DNA of 64,000 nucleotides from Candidatus Bathyarchaeota archaeon (GTDB lineage Archaea; Thermoproteota; Bathyarchaeia; Bathyarchaeales; Bathycorpusculaceae): NCBI GenBank assembly GCA_963767735.1, contig CAVYES010000004.1, positions 192,001 to 256,000 of the forward strand, read 5' to 3'. Shown piece by piece: positions 63,767 to 64,000 of this stretch (position 1 is its first letter; each line of letters starts with the position of its first letter). The notes under the pieces were generated by a model. It saw only the letters and a program-made list of their open reading frames with translations, ran no database searches and was not told where the DNA came from. The position numbers and the translations under genes were made by a program.

Positions 63767-64000
63767 TTACCTTTGAGATTCTTCTATGATAGGTAGCACT
63801 TGCGTGAGTTCTCGGAGTTGCTTAAGCACAGTTATGCCTTGTTGTGTGACGGCGAAAACTGTGCTCCTTTTTTTAATAGTGCGTTCTTCGACCAGTCCCT
63901 GTTTGATAAGGAAGTCCAGATGGCCTCTAAGCATGCTGCCATTGACGTTAGCTTTGTACATGATGTGTGTCAGCTTTAAGGGACCTAACCGCGCCAACGT
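63767..64000 (-). CDS. Winged-HTH regulator (5' end beyond the window)
   Basis: Paralogue of 5082..5375 ('KLT..MYKANVN...LDFL.KQGLVEE'). Confidence 0.85.
   Translation of the reverse strand, partial: TLARLGPLKLTHIMYKANVNGSMLRGHLDFLIKQGLVEERTIKKRSTVFAVTQQGITVLKQLRELTQVLPIIEESQR

Overview
Archaeal chromosomal window. The intron-containing tRNA, archaeal map, DUF1512 and lineage-typical small proteins suggest Candidatus Bathyarchaeia (inferred, not proven). 1-14.5 kb is a decayed accessory region with small regulators, IS elements, pseudogenes and AT-rich ORFans. 14.6-46.4 kb is a ~31.8 kb integrative element bounded by a perfect 20-bp direct repeat that copies the 5' end of tRNA-Arg(TCG), with a tyrosine integrase at its left edge. 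Its cargo includes (i) a gasdermin homologue coupled to a trypsin-like protease-STAND-TPR receptor with eight near-identical 120-bp repeats, (ii) an uncharacterised 13-kb four-gene operon headed by a DUF6603-like protein, next to a divergent LCAT-like lipase and a papain-like peptidase, and (iii) a type I R-M hsdR remnant. 46.5-56.8 kb is core genome (tRNA-Ile, LipS1-like radical SAM, 5S rRNA, DUF1512, map, surface proteins). 57-64 kb holds an array of small genes each headed by the same ~35-bp promoter-like repeat, an IS with a passenger gene, and a relic of another mobile element. Many single-base frameshifts fall in homopolymer runs and may be sequencing errors. All family assignments come from motif recognition by eye; no database search was run.
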